Positions 1 to 10,993 of a DNA stretch of 64,000 nt are shown piece after piece. Location of the stretch: positions 90-64,089 of the forward strand of contig VGLJ01000023.1 in the NCBI GenBank assembly GCA_016866775.1, written 5' to 3'. Under the pieces are notes generated by a model. That model saw nothing but the letters and a program-made list of their open reading frames with translations, made no database searches and was not told the origin of the DNA. This DNA is from Candidatus Rokuibacteriota bacterium. Lineage in GTDB: Bacteria > Methylomirabilota > Methylomirabilia > Rokubacteriales > CSP1-6. Both the position numbers and the translations under genes were made by a program. Position 1 is the first letter of the stretch, and the number at the start of each line of letters is the position of its first letter.

Positions 1-160
1 AGCTCGATGTGAGGTGCGGCTGGGTCACGGCGGGCGGCCGGGTCACGGCTCCCCCACGCACGAGGCTCGGTCTTGACGTGAGGCCTTATCACGTGACGAC
101 GAGCGGGAATGACGCCAGCGCCTCATGAATGTAGACTAAATAAAGGACTGGTTAGTCCAT

Positions 161-222
161 GGGGTGCGAGACGCACCCCCCAAGCCCCCCTACGCCTCCG
201 GGCGGACGTGAAGTCCGCCCTA
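161..222. repeat. GC-rich hairpin repeat, family 1, copy A
   Basis: Hairpin GGGGTGCG-AGA-CGCACCCC (161-179). The 19-nt core CCCCCAAGCCCCCCTACGC (177-195) recurs exactly at 35281-35299. A second hairpin GGGCGGAC-GTGAA-GTCCGCCC (200-220) abuts the stop codon of the exonuclease gene. Confidence 0.6.
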
Positions 223-957
223 CGGCGACTGCCGCATCATCAACGGCAGGAAGTGCGTGAGGTCGAGCGCGTCGTCCAGCGCGCGATGCCGGCGCGGATT
301 CGGCGGGAGCGCCTCGCGCCGCCGCACCTCGTCGCGATCGATCGGCTTCGGCCAGTCCGCGAGCGCCGTCATCACCGCGCAGAGATCGACGTGCGGGCGT
401 GGGGCGAGCGGATCGGGAAGGCCGAACGCGGCGGCGTTCATCGCGAGCCGCCGGCGGTCGATCCCTCCCCACGCGCAGGTCGGCCATCCCTTCACCGGCT
501 GTGTCGCGATCCATCGCTCGAGACGCGCGATCGCCTGCGGGAGCTCCTCCGCCGCGTCGATGTCGGGCTGCTGGGTGTTGACGAGCGCGACGCAATAGTC
601 GGACAGGACCGGGTTGACGCGGGGACGCACCACGATGCTAAAGGTGTCGTGCACGGTGCGCGACGCGACGTCGTACGCGGCCATGCCGATCTCGATGACC
701 TCCGCCGGCCGCGTGGGATCGGCCCAGTCGGTGCGAAGGCTGTCCGGCCAGCAGGTGAGCTCGAGATCGATGAGGAGCGCGCCGCCTGCCCGGCGCAGCT
801 CGGCGACCGCCTGCTCGACGACGGCCCGTTCGATCAGGGGAGCAGGTCCGCGACAGCGACGCGCGAGTGCGGGGCGGCGAGCGGCGTGATCCCTTCCGGT
901 GGCCGGGCGATGACGAGCGACGCGTAGCGCCACCCGTGCGGGGAGGACGGTGACCAC
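220..957 (-). CDS. DEDDh-type 3-prime-5-prime exonuclease (ERI-1/KapD-like)
   Basis: Has LIDLELTCW (DxE exo motif I) and a C-terminal HRALDDALD (H-x4-D) motif. The start is uncertain. There is no ATG, GTG or TTG in frame between the GTG at 957 and the DxE motif. The GTG start would overlap the Uma2 gene by about 120 nt and add an Arg-rich N-terminus. Confidence 0.55.
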   Translation of the reverse strand: MVTVLPARVALRVARHRPATGRDHAARRPALARRCRGPAPLIERAVVEQAVAELRRAGGALLIDLELTCWPDSLRTDWADPTRPAEVIEIGMAAYDVASRTVHDTFSIVVRPRVNPVLSDYCVALVNTQQPDIDAAEELPQAIARLERWIATQPVKGWPTCAWGGIDRRRLAMNAAAFGLPDPLAPRPHVDLCAVMTALADWPKPIDRDEVRRREALPPNPRRHRALDDALDLTHFLPLMMRQSP

Positions 958-1415
958 ACCGGCTCGCGATAGACCTCGAGCACGCGATCGATCAGATTCA
1001 CGATCCAGTAGTCGGTGATGCCCGCGCGCGCGTAGAGCGCGAGCTTGACGTCACGGTCCTTGGCGAGCGAGCTCTCGGCAACTTCGAGGATGAGGACCGG
1101 ACGTTCGGGATGGCCGTCGCGGTAGTCGCGCGGGTCGCCGGGCACGACGGCGACGTCGGGCTCGGGCTCGGAGACGTCGTCCAACGCGATGGGGAGCTGT
1201 CCCTCGACGACCCAGCCGGGGCCGAACGCCCGTCGGAGAGCCGTCGCGGCGAGGCGCACCGCCGTCGCGTGCGGGGCATACTGCGGCTCCCGAAAGACGA
1301 GGAGCCCGTCGAGCAGCTCCAGGCGCTCGTCGGAGTCGAAGAACCCCTGCTCGGTCAGCTTCTCGTACTCGACCCGCTTGATCGGCCGCTGGCGGAGGAG
1401 AGGCGCGGACTCCAT
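834..1415 (-). CDS. Uma2 family (DUF820) endonuclease
   Basis: ATG start. Typical Uma2 layout: EYEKL...ELLDG, PDVAVV, LILEVAESSLAKDRDVKLALYARAGITDYWIVN. Confidence 0.8.
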   Translation of the reverse strand: MESAPLLRQRPIKRVEYEKLTEQGFFDSDERLELLDGLLVFREPQYAPHATAVRLAATALRRAFGPGWVVEGQLPIALDDVSEPEPDVAVVPGDPRDYRDGHPERPVLILEVAESSLAKDRDVKLALYARAGITDYWIVNLIDRVLEVYREPVWSPSSPHGWRYASLVIARPPEGITPLAAPHSRVAVADLLP

Positions 1416-1497
1416 GGCGCCACGCTACCGGCGCACGGCGGCGGGGTCAACGTGCAATGTTTGATACAGTGCGCGCGCCGAGCGCAGGAGGGTCCTC

Positions 1498-2304
1498 ATG
1501 CCGTCGCCCTGGCCGAAGCACGCGCGCATCGCCGTCACGCTCACGTTCGACTTCGATGCCGAGTCCGGCTGGCTCTCGCGCGATCCCGCGCTGAAGGATC
1601 GCCCGGGGATCATGTCGCAGGGCTGGTACGGCGCGAAGGTCGGCGTGCCGCGCATCCTGCGCGTCCTGAAGGCGGAAAAGCTGCCGGCGACGTTCTTCAT
1701 TCCCGGCTGGGTGGTCGAGAAGTACCCGGCGGAGTCGGCGATGATCCGCGACGCGGGTTACGAGATCGGTCACCACGGGTACCTGCACGAGCGCGCGACC
1801 CCCGACAATCCCGAGGGCGAGCGTGACGCGTTCGCGAAGGGCATGCGCGCGCTCGACGCCGTCCTCGGGGTCACGCCCGCGGGCTACCGCGCGCCGGCGT
1901 GGGACCTGACCCCCATCACGCTCGACTGCGTCAAGCAGCACGGGATGACGTACTCGTCGAACCTGATGGACGACGTCTTCCCGTACGTCCATCCCGGCAC
2001 GTCGATCGTCGAGCTGCCGGTGCAGTGGGTGCTCGACGACGCGCCGTACTTCATGTTCAACCCGCTCGTCCTGAACCGGCCGATGAACACCGCGGAGGCG
2101 ATCTACGGTGTCTGGCGGGACGAATTCCTCGCGATGTACGAGTGGGGCGGGCTCTTCAATCTCACCTGCCACCCCGAAGTGGTCGGCCACGGCTCGCGGA
2201 TGCTGATGCTCCGCCGGCTCATCCGCTTCATGAAGAAGCAGAAGGGGGTCTGGTTCGCGACCTGCCGCGAGGTCGCCCAGCACTGGCTTACGCGCTCGCG
2301 CTAG
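1498..2304 (+). CDS. Polysaccharide deacetylase family protein (NodB homology domain)
   Basis: ATG preceded by AGGAGGG. Has a TFDFD motif and a GHHGYLHE histidine motif typical of NodB-type deacetylases. Confidence 0.75.
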   Translation: MPSPWPKHARIAVTLTFDFDAESGWLSRDPALKDRPGIMSQGWYGAKVGVPRILRVLKAEKLPATFFIPGWVVEKYPAESAMIRDAGYEIGHHGYLHERATPDNPEGERDAFAKGMRALDAVLGVTPAGYRAPAWDLTPITLDCVKQHGMTYSSNLMDDVFPYVHPGTSIVELPVQWVLDDAPYFMFNPLVLNRPMNTAEAIYGVWRDEFLAMYEWGGLFNLTCHPEVVGHGSRMLMLRRLIRFMKKQKGVWFATCREVAQHWLTRSR

Positions 2305-3644
2305 GCCTCGGAGGTGCCGGGGTCGCGCCGGACCGAGTGGCGGACGCGCGCCTGCACGTTCCGGACGACCTCGTGCTCGAGGGTGATCTCCACTTCGTGG
2401 TCCTCGATCTCCCACGCGCCGACCGTCGAGAACCAGCCGAAGCGCCGCCGGCGGCGCGGCATCACGCGACGGCCGCGGTAGATCATCGCGCGCTGGTGCG
2501 GCGCATCGAGGCGCTCGACCTCCTCCGCGCCGTGGCCGCAGATCTCCAGGACCTGCGCGCGCGTCGTCTCGCCCGGGACGAGACGCGCGAACTGGTCACG
2601 AGAAAGCGCCGTGCCCGTCTCGCGCTGGACCGGCGCCGAGGCGCGGCCGACGTGAATACGCGCGGCGAAGACGCGGCCGAGGCGCGTCGCGGCCGCCGTG
2701 ATCGCCGGCCGCAGCGCGTTGCCGAGCACGAAGAAGAGCGCGGGGATGAGGATCGGCGCCCACCACTGCAGCCCCGCGAAGTACCCGAACTGCACGGTGA
2801 GCGTCTGCGGCACGATGCCTTCGCCGCTCTCGAGGAAGCGCGAGACGACTTCCGTCCGCTCCAGGGACTCGTGGCGCCGCCGCGTCGCGCTCGCCGGCGC
2901 CATCTCGTCGATCTTCAGGCGATCCGCGTCCGCGAAGAGCATGACGAGCTGGGAGGGATCGTTCGCCAGCGCCAGCACGCGGTCGCGGTGCTCGAAGTAG
3001 AGGGGGAAGAGCGCGCGCGAGCGCACGTCGTTGAACGCCAGCTCGAACCGGTAGCGGTCGCCCCAGAAGGTCGACTCGAGCCACGTCGCGGGCTTCGGCT
3101 TCACGAGCCCGCGCGTCCGGAAGCGCAGGTTCATGAGCCACGCGCGGTTGGTCATCTTCGGATGCCACGGCACGTGGAGGACGCTCGCGGGGGTGGTGAG
3201 GCCGAGCGCGCCGCCCTGGCGCACGAACGTCACGAACGCGGCGCCGCCGGCGATCGTCTCGGGCGGCGCGTCGGTCTCGAGCTGGTACGCCGAGCGCGCG
3301 AGCAGCGCCACGCGGCCGTCCTCGACGACCGTGTACCCGCGCTCCTCGACGTGGCGATTGAGCGCGGGATCCGCCGCGCCGGCGGCGCGCTCCGGCACGA
3401 TCTCGCCCGGCCACAGCAGCACGATCGTCTGCTCGAAGTCGGCGGCGCTCCGCGTGGGCGGGACGTTGAGGGTCCAGAGCAGGTCGACGGTGACGTCGAG
3501 CGTCGGCGTGACCGTGGCGGTGACGAACAGCGGCCCGACGGCGAGCTCGGGATTCGCGCGCGAGCCGAGGAAGAGCTGCGCGTGCGCCGCGCCCGCCGCG
3601 CCGATCACGACCAGCGCGGCGAGCGCACCGGCCAGACGCTTCAG
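2301..3644 (-). CDS. Hypothetical exported or membrane protein
   Basis: Signal-like LKRLAGALAALVVIGAAGAAHA, followed by about 440 aa with no motif I recognise and one internal hydrophobic segment (WWAPILIPALFFVLGNAL). No canonical start codon precedes the signal peptide; the only candidate is a CTG at 3644. The long upstream extension in the ORF track overlaps the binding-protein gene and is not credible. Confidence 0.4.
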   Translation of the reverse strand: MKRLAGALAALVVIGAAGAAHAQLFLGSRANPELAVGPLFVTATVTPTLDVTVDLLWTLNVPPTRSAADFEQTIVLLWPGEIVPERAAGAADPALNRHVEERGYTVVEDGRVALLARSAYQLETDAPPETIAGGAAFVTFVRQGGALGLTTPASVLHVPWHPKMTNRAWLMNLRFRTRGLVKPKPATWLESTFWGDRYRFELAFNDVRSRALFPLYFEHRDRVLALANDPSQLVMLFADADRLKIDEMAPASATRRRHESLERTEVVSRFLESGEGIVPQTLTVQFGYFAGLQWWAPILIPALFFVLGNALRPAITAAATRLGRVFAARIHVGRASAPVQRETGTALSRDQFARLVPGETTRAQVLEICGHGAEEVERLDAPHQRAMIYRGRRVMPRRRRRFGWFSTVGAWEIEDHEVEITLEHEVVRNVQARVRHSVRRDPGTSEA

Positions 3645-4618
3645 ACGCGCACCGGCGTGAAGTCGGTGGAGTAGTGCTCCTCGAGCGGCAGCCGCTTCGC
3701 CAGCACCTTCTCCTCGATCAGCACGTCCTGCATCGCCTTGAGCGCCTCGACGTTGATGCGTCCGTCGTCGGAGAGGAGCGGACCCGAGACCTTGGTGTGC
3801 GTGGTGACGACTTCGTCCGCCGTCCAGCCCATGCGCTTGCCGATCACCTCGGCCATCTCCTTCGGATTCGCCTTCATCGCCTTGATCGCCTGGAAGAGCC
3901 CGCGCTGCGCCTTCCGGATCGTGTCCGCGCTCTTCTTGAGCGCGTCCTCGGTCACGTACTGGTTGAGGCTGATCCACTTCGGCGCCACCTGGTCGAGGCG
4001 CATGAGGAGCTTCGTCTTCTTCTGCTGCTCGAAGACCGCGCCGCCGTCCCCCCAGACGAAGCCCGCGATCTCCTTGCGGCTGAGCGCCGCGAGCTGCGCA
4101 TCGAGGCCGCCGAGCGGCACCACCTGCACGTCCTTGTCCGGATTCCAGCCCTGGTGCTTGACGATCATGCGCGCGAGCACCCACGTGGTCGCGCCCGGCG
4201 CGGTCACGCCGATCGACTTGCCCTTAAGCTCGGCGACCGATTTGACTTCGGGCGCGACATTCAGCGTGAAGTAGTTGCTCTCCGCGTGCGAGGCGACCAT
4301 CTTGATCGGCGCGCCCTTCTCGCGGAACACGAGGATGTCCGTGCCGCCGCTGATGCCGAGCAGCACGTCGCCGCTCAGGACACCCTTCGAGAGGTCGGGC
4401 CCGCCGCGGAACGGCACGAACTCGACGGCGAGCCCCTGCGCCTTGAAGAAGCCCTTCTCGATGCCCACGATCACCGGTCCCGCGAGGCCGTAGTCGCCGA
4501 GCACGGCCGTGCCGATCTTGATCGACGTCTGCCCGCGCACGATGGCGGGCAGGAGCGGCACCGATGCCGCCGCGGCGGCTGACGTCATCAGGAAGTGCCG
4601 ACGACTGAGTCGCGTCAT
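3641..4618 (-). CDS. ABC-type substrate-binding protein, NMT1/THI5-like, with Tat signal
   Basis: Twin-arginine leader MTRLSRRHFLMTSAAAAA. The rest looks like the periplasmic binding fold of the nitrate/sulfonate/taurine family. No cognate permease or ATPase gene lies next to it. Confidence 0.7.
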   Translation of the reverse strand: MTRLSRRHFLMTSAAAAASVPLLPAIVRGQTSIKIGTAVLGDYGLAGPVIVGIEKGFFKAQGLAVEFVPFRGGPDLSKGVLSGDVLLGISGGTDILVFREKGAPIKMVASHAESNYFTLNVAPEVKSVAELKGKSIGVTAPGATTWVLARMIVKHQGWNPDKDVQVVPLGGLDAQLAALSRKEIAGFVWGDGGAVFEQQKKTKLLMRLDQVAPKWISLNQYVTEDALKKSADTIRKAQRGLFQAIKAMKANPKEMAEVIGKRMGWTADEVVTTHTKVSGPLLSDDGRINVEALKAMQDVLIEEKVLAKRLPLEEHYSTDFTPVRV

Positions 4619-4674
4619 GAAGAGCCTCCTCAGCTTGACAGGATGGCAGAGCGCGAGCGATCCTACAACGCCTC

Positions 4675-6060
4675 GTGATTGCCGCGCTCTTCGGCTTCGC
4701 GGAACGGCGGACCACCCTCGGCGTCGAAGTCCGCGCCGGCCTCACCACGTTCATGGTGATGGCCTACATCATCTTCGTGAACCCGATCGTCCTGGGCTAC
4801 GTCGGCATCCCCGGTCTCGAGGGCAAAGGCCTCCCGTTCGCCGCGACGCTCACCGTGACGTGCTTCACCGCGGGCGTGCTGTCGATCGCGATGGGCCTCG
4901 CGAGCAACTATCCGCTCGCGCTCGCGCCCGGGATGGGACTGAACGCGGTCGTCGCGTTCGAGCTGGTGGCCGGGCGCGGGCTCACGTGGCCGCAGGCGAT
5001 GACCGTCGTGTTCCTCGAGGGCGTCGTGATCACGATCCTCGTGCTCACGCGCTTCCGCCAGGCGGTGATGAACGCCGTACCGCTCGGGCTCAAGCAAGCG
5101 ATCAGCGTCGGCATCGGGCTCTTCATCGCGCTGATCGGGTTCTTCACGGCGGGCTTCGTCGTGAAGCCCGGCGCCGGTCCGCTGCCGGTCGGGCTCGGGC
5201 CGTTGCGCGGTCTTCCGATCGCCGTCTTCCTCATCGGCTTCGTGCTGACCGCCGTGCTGGTCGCGCGCCGTGCGCGCGGCGGCCTGCTCATCGGGATCGT
5301 CGCCACGACCGTTCTCGCGATCGCGCTCAACGGCCTCTTCGCGGGTTGGAAGGGGTTCCCGACACCGGGCGCGGCGCAGATCCCGGCCGGCATCATCCAG
5401 GCGCCGGACTTCTCCACGTTCGGGCGGCTCGACTTCGGGCTGTTCGCGAAGCTCGGCGTCCTGGCCGCGTGCCTCGCGATCTTCTCGTTGATGCTGAGTG
5501 ACTTCTTCGACACCATGGGAACGGTCATCGGCGTCGGCGGCAAGGCCGGCTTCGTCGACGCGCAGGGGCGCCTGCCGCGCGTCGACCGCGTGCTGCTGGT
5601 GGACTCGCTCGGCGCCGTCGCGGGCGGCCTCGCGAACTCCAGCAGCAACACGACCTATATCGAAAGCGCCGCGGGTGTCTCCGAAGGTGGACGCACCGGC
5701 CTCGTCGCGGTGGTGGTCGGCGTCCTCTTCCTGCTCGCGACGTTCTTCGCCCCGCTGGCCGCGGTCATCCCCGCGCAGGCGACCGCCCCGGCCCTCGTGC
5801 TGGTCGGCTTCTACATGATGACGGTCGTTCGGGAGATGGCCTGGGACGATCCGGAGGAGGCGATCCCCGCCTTCGTCACGATGCTCGTGATGCCGTTCAC
5901 CTGGTCGATCACCAACGGCATCGGCGCCGGCTTCGTGACCTGGGTGGCGATCAAGATCTTCGCCGGACGCGCCGGCGCCGTCCACCCGATGCTGTGGCTC
6001 GCATCCGCCGCGTTCGTGCTGTACTTCGCCCTGCCGCTGCTGGAAGGCACCGCCCGCTAA
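4675..6060 (+). CDS. NCS2 family purine permease (AzgA-like adenine/guanine/hypoxanthine permease)
   Basis: GTG start. N-terminus FGFAERRTTLGVEVRAGLTTFMVMAYIIFVNP and a polytopic sequence typical of AzgA-type permeases. Confidence 0.85.
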   Translation: MIAALFGFAERRTTLGVEVRAGLTTFMVMAYIIFVNPIVLGYVGIPGLEGKGLPFAATLTVTCFTAGVLSIAMGLASNYPLALAPGMGLNAVVAFELVAGRGLTWPQAMTVVFLEGVVITILVLTRFRQAVMNAVPLGLKQAISVGIGLFIALIGFFTAGFVVKPGAGPLPVGLGPLRGLPIAVFLIGFVLTAVLVARRARGGLLIGIVATTVLAIALNGLFAGWKGFPTPGAAQIPAGIIQAPDFSTFGRLDFGLFAKLGVLAACLAIFSLMLSDFFDTMGTVIGVGGKAGFVDAQGRLPRVDRVLLVDSLGAVAGGLANSSSNTTYIESAAGVSEGGRTGLVAVVVGVLFLLATFFAPLAAVIPAQATAPALVLVGFYMMTVVREMAWDDPEEAIPAFVTMLVMPFTWSITNGIGAGFVTWVAIKIFAGRAGAVHPMLWLASAAFVLYFALPLLEGTAR

Positions 6061-6084
6061 GCCTTCGTCTTTCCGGCCCAATCC

Positions 6085-6113
6085 TTGACACCCCGGGGCC
6101 GAATCGCTACACT
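6085..6113 (+). promoter_or_regulatory. Putative sigma70-type promoter for Liv-type cluster 1
   Basis: TTGACA (6085-6090), a 17-nt spacer, then TACACT (6108-6113). Downstream GGAGG (6174-6178) precedes the TTG start at 6183. Confidence 0.45.
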
Positions 6114-6182
6114 CTCGCAACTTTTTTTGCGCCGGCCCCCCCGGGACCCGGCAGTAACTCGTGGCAGCGACGCGGAGGCGAA

Positions 6183-8107
6183 TTGGTCGACCGGACACTC
6201 GATACGGCTGCGGATACGTTCCCGAAGCTCGTTCGCGCGAACGCGAACCGGCTCGGCCGCAAGACCGCCATCCGCGAGAAGGACCTCGGGATCTGGCAGT
6301 CCTCCTCCTGGAAGGACTACTGGGAGCAGGCCCGGCTGATCGCGCTCGGCCTCGCGTCGCTCGGGTTCGCCCGGGGCGACAAGACCGCGATCGTGGGCGA
6401 CAACCGGCCCCAGCTCTACTGGGCGGTGTGCGCCACGCAGGCGCTCGGCGGTATCCCCGTGCCGCTCTACCAGGACTCGATCGAGAAGGAGCTCGCGTAC
6501 ATCGTGGACCACGCGGAAGCGCGGTTCGCGATCGTCGAGGACCAGGAGCAGGTCGACAAGCTCCTCCACCTCCGCGCGCAGTGCCCGAAGCTCGAGTTCA
6601 TCGTCTACGACGACCCGCGCGGACTCCGCGCCTACTCCGAGCCGAACCTCATGTCGCTCGAGGAGCTGATCGAGCAGGGGCGCAAGTTCGAGCAGAACCA
6701 TCCCGGCCACGTCGAGAACGAGGTGGCGAAGGGCCGCGCCGACGACACCGCGATCATCTGCTACACGTCGGGCACCACGGGCGCGCCGAAGGGCGCGATG
6801 CTCTCGCACAGCAACCTCATCCTGACGTCGCTCGCCGGGGCCCGGGCCGACGGTCTGCGCGAGGACGAGGAGATCCTCTCGTACCTGCCGATGGCGTGGG
6901 TGGGCGACCACGTCTTCTCGTACGCGCAGTCGATCCTCCTCGGCTTCCCGGCGAACTGTCCCGAGAGCGCGGCCACGGTGCTGCAGGACCTGAAGGAGAT
7001 CGGGCCGACCTACTTCTTCGCGCCGCCGCGGATCTGGGAGAGCATCCTCACGAACGTCATGCTCCGGCTCGAGGACTGCGCGTGGCCGAAGCGCAAGCTC
7101 GTGCACTTCTTCCTGAACCTCGCGCAGGACATGGAGCGCCGGCGGCTCGCGGGCCAGCCGGTGCCGCTGCTGCCGCGCCTGCTCTATCCGCTGGGTAAGG
7201 CACTCGTCTACGCGCCGCTGCGCGACAACCTCGGCATGCGGCGCGTGCGCCGCGCGTACACGGCGGGCGAGGCGATCGGCCCGGAGATCTTCGTGTTCTT
7301 CCGCGCGCTCGGCATCAACGTGAAGCAGCTCTACGGGATGACCGAGGCCAGCGTCTTCGTGACGATCCAGCGCGACGGCGACGTGCGGCTCGACAGCGTG
7401 GGCACGGCGGTGCCCGGCGTGGAGATCAAGATCGCCGAGAGCGGCGAGGTGCTGTTCCGCAGCCCGGGCGTCTTCCAGGGCTACTACAAGAACGCCGACG
7501 CGACGCGCGCGACCGTGCAGGACGGGTGGCTCAACTCGGGCGACGCGGGCTTCCTCGACGCGTCGGGCCACCTGAAGATCATCGACCGCGCGAAGGACCT
7601 GAGCCGGCTCGCGGGCGGCACGATGTTTCCGCCGAAGTACATCGAGAACAAGCTCAAGTTCTCGCCCTTCGTCAAGGAAGCCGTCTGCATCGGCCAGGGG
7701 CGTCCGTTCGTGGTCGCGCTCGTGAACATCGACCTCGCCGCCGTCGGGAACTGGGCGGAGCGGCGGGGGATTGCCTATTCGAGCTACACGGATCTGAGCC
7801 AGAAGCCGGAGGTCTACGGCCTGATTCACGAGGACGTCGCGCGCGTGAACCGGAGCCTGCAAGAGGACGCGGCGCTGCGCGGCGCCCAGATCCGGCGCTT
7901 CCTCATCCTGCACAAGGAGCTGGATCCGGACGACGAGGAGATCACCCGCACGCGCAAGGTGCGCCGTGGCTACATCGCGCAGAAGTACGCCGAGCTCATC
8001 GACGCTCTGTACAGCAACCGGTCCCACGTCCAGGTCGAGGCGAAGGTCACCTACGAAGACGGCCGCACGGGCACCATCCGGGCCGACGTGACGATCAAGG
8101 ACGTTGG

Positions 8108-8111
<4 letters not shown>
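6183..8111 (+). CDS. AMP-dependent synthetase/ligase (long-chain acyl-CoA synthetase-like), paralog 1
   Basis: Has YTSGTTGAPKGAM (AMP-binding motif), GYYKN...GWLNSGD and TRTRKVRR. A TTG start at 6183 gives 642 aa, the same length as the paralog at 13920-15848. Confidence 0.8.
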
Positions 8112-8956
<845 letters not shown>

Positions 8957-8957
8957 C

Positions 8958-9893
8958 ATGAGCGTCTTCCAGCAAGTCCTCATCGGGCCGCTGAAGGACA
9001 TCGGGTCGAATCCGGCGTTCTTCGGCGAAGTCGTCATCGGCGGGATTCTCGCCGGGATGCTCTACTCGCTGGTGGCCCTGGGGTTCGTGCTGATCTTCAA
9101 GGCCTCCGGCGTGTTCAACTTCGCGCAGGGCGTGATGGTCCTGTTCGCGGCGCTGACGCTCGTCGGCCTCATCGAGCGCGGCGCCGGCGTGTGGGTGGCG
9201 CTGGCCGCGACGGCGCTCGTCATGATCGTGCTCGCGTTCGCCATCGAGCGCGCGGTGCTGCGGCCGCTCGTGAACCAGCCGCAGATCATCCTCTTCATGG
9301 CGACGATCGGCCTGAACTTCTTCCTGGAAGGCTTCGGCGAGATGCTCTGGGGCGCCAACGTCAAGAAGCTCGACGTCGGGATCCCGGACCGCTCGTTCAT
9401 GGCCGCCGGGATGCAGATCAACCAGCTCGAGCTCTCCGCGGGCGGCATCGCCGCGATCCTCGTCGTCGTGCTCGCGATCTTCTTCCAGAAGACGCGGATC
9501 GGACGGGCGCTCCGCGCGGTCGCGGACGACCACGAGGCCGCGCTGTCCATCGGCATTCCACTGAAGACCATCTGGGTGGTGGTGTGGTCGGTGGCCGGGC
9601 TCGTCGCGATCGTGGCGGGGATCATGTGGGGCGCGAAGAGCGGCGTGCAGTTCAGCCTGTCGCTGATCGCGCTGAAGGCGCTGCCGGTGCTGATCCTCGG
9701 CGGCTTCGAGTCCGTGCCCGGCGCGATCGTGGGCGGCCTGATCATCGGCGTCGGCGAGAAGATCGGCGAGGTCTACTGGGGCCCGCTGGTCGGCGGCGCG
9801 ATCGAGAACTGGTTCGCGTACGTCCTCGCGCTCGCCTTCCTGCTGATCCGGCCGCAAGGCCTCTTCGGCGAAAAGATCATCGAACGGGTGTGA
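8958..9893 (+). CDS. Branched-chain amino acid-type ABC permease (LivH-like), paralog 1
   Basis: ATG start. Polytopic, with GILAGMLYSLVALGFVLIF and LILGGFESVPGAIVGG, both typical of LivH. Confidence 0.85.
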   Translation: MSVFQQVLIGPLKDIGSNPAFFGEVVIGGILAGMLYSLVALGFVLIFKASGVFNFAQGVMVLFAALTLVGLIERGAGVWVALAATALVMIVLAFAIERAVLRPLVNQPQIILFMATIGLNFFLEGFGEMLWGANVKKLDVGIPDRSFMAAGMQINQLELSAGGIAAILVVVLAIFFQKTRIGRALRAVADDHEAALSIGIPLKTIWVVVWSVAGLVAIVAGIMWGAKSGVQFSLSLIALKALPVLILGGFESVPGAIVGGLIIGVGEKIGEVYWGPLVGGAIENWFAYVLALAFLLIRPQGLFGEKIIERV

Positions 9894-9897
9894 CGGC

Positions 9898-10974
9898 GTG
9901 ATCTATCGCGAAGCGGGGCAGTTCAAGACCACGTACGCGGCGGATCAGGCGATCTTTCCGATCCTCCAGGACCGGATCTTCGTGGCGCTCGCCGTCGTCG
10001 GCGCGTTCGTGATCCCGGTCCGCTTCGCCAACGAGTACTGGCTGCAGGCGGTGCTCATCCCGTTTCTCATCTACGCGCTCGCCGCGCTCGGCCTGAACCT
10101 CCTCACCGGCTACGCGGGCCAGCTGTCGCTCGGTACCGGCGGCTTCATGGCGGTGGGCGCCTACTCCGCGTTCAAGCTCGCGAGCGCGTTCCCCGCGCTC
10201 AACATCGTGCTCGTCTTCCTGCTCTCGGGACTCGTCGCCGCGCTCGTCGGGGTGGTGTTCGGCATCCCGAGCCTGCGGATCAAGGGCTTCTACCTGGCCG
10301 TGGCCACGCTCGCCGCGCAGTTCTTCTTGATCTGGCTCTTCAACAAGGTCGGGTGGTTCGTGAACTACGCGCCGTCGGGCACGATCACGGCGCCGCCCCG
10401 GACCGTCTTCGGCGTCATGGTGACGGGCCCCGACGCCGCCGCGGGCGCGCGCTACGTGGCCGCGCTCGCGTTCGTCGCGGTCTTCGCGCTCATCGCCAAG
10501 AACCTCGTGCGCGGCCGCGTGGGCCGGTCGTGGATGGCCATCCGCGACCGCGACATCGCGGCCGAGATCATCGGCGTCCGGCCGCTCCGCACGAAGCTGC
10601 TCGCGTTCGCGATCAGCTCCTTCTACTGCGGCATCGCGGGCGCCGAGCTCGTCTTCCTGTACCTCGGCAGCGCGGAGACCCTGGCGTTCGACATCAACCT
10701 CTCGTTCCTGGTGCTGTTCATGGTGATCATCGGCGGGCTCGGCAGTGTGCTGGGCTCGTTCCTCGGCGCCGCCTTCATCGTGCTGGTGCCGATCTTCCTG
10801 ACGAACGTCCCGCACACGGTGGGACTCAACCTGCCCGTCGCCCTCGCGAAGCAGATCGAGCTGATGATCTTCGGCGGGCTCATCCTCTTCTTCCTGATCG
10901 TGGAGCCGCACGGCCTCGCGCGGCTGTGGCAGATCACCAAGGAGAAGCTCCGGCTCTGGCCCTTCCCGCACTAA
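9898..10974 (+). CDS. Branched-chain amino acid-type ABC permease (LivM-like), paralog 1
   Basis: GTG start. Has LNLLTGYAGQLSLGTGGFMAVGAY and IPSLRIKGFYLAVATLA, both typical of LivM. Confidence 0.85.
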   Translation: MIYREAGQFKTTYAADQAIFPILQDRIFVALAVVGAFVIPVRFANEYWLQAVLIPFLIYALAALGLNLLTGYAGQLSLGTGGFMAVGAYSAFKLASAFPALNIVLVFLLSGLVAALVGVVFGIPSLRIKGFYLAVATLAAQFFLIWLFNKVGWFVNYAPSGTITAPPRTVFGVMVTGPDAAAGARYVAALAFVAVFALIAKNLVRGRVGRSWMAIRDRDIAAEIIGVRPLRTKLLAFAISSFYCGIAGAELVFLYLGSAETLAFDINLSFLVLFMVIIGGLGSVLGSFLGAAFIVLVPIFLTNVPHTVGLNLPVALAKQIELMIFGGLILFFLIVEPHGLARLWQITKEKLRLWPFPH

Positions 10975-10993
10975 TGCGCCAAAGGAGGACCTC

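Noticed and set aside
109-927. Plus-strand 272-aa ORF at the window start.
   Set aside because: It is antisense to the DEDDh exonuclease gene, Arg-rich and without motifs. It is a shadow ORF.
2301-4184. The full 627-aa ORF given in the track for the minus-strand gene at 2301.
   Set aside because: The first roughly 175 codons overlap the well-supported binding-protein gene (3641-4618) in another frame and are Arg/Gly-rich low complexity. The real protein most likely begins at the signal peptide near 3644.
4635-4669. TTGACA at 4635-4640 with TACAAC at 4664-4669 as a promoter for the purine permease gene.
   Set aside because: The spacer is 23 nt, too long for a standard sigma70 promoter. The hexamer at the canonical 17-nt distance (CGATCC) is poor. 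I left it unannotated.
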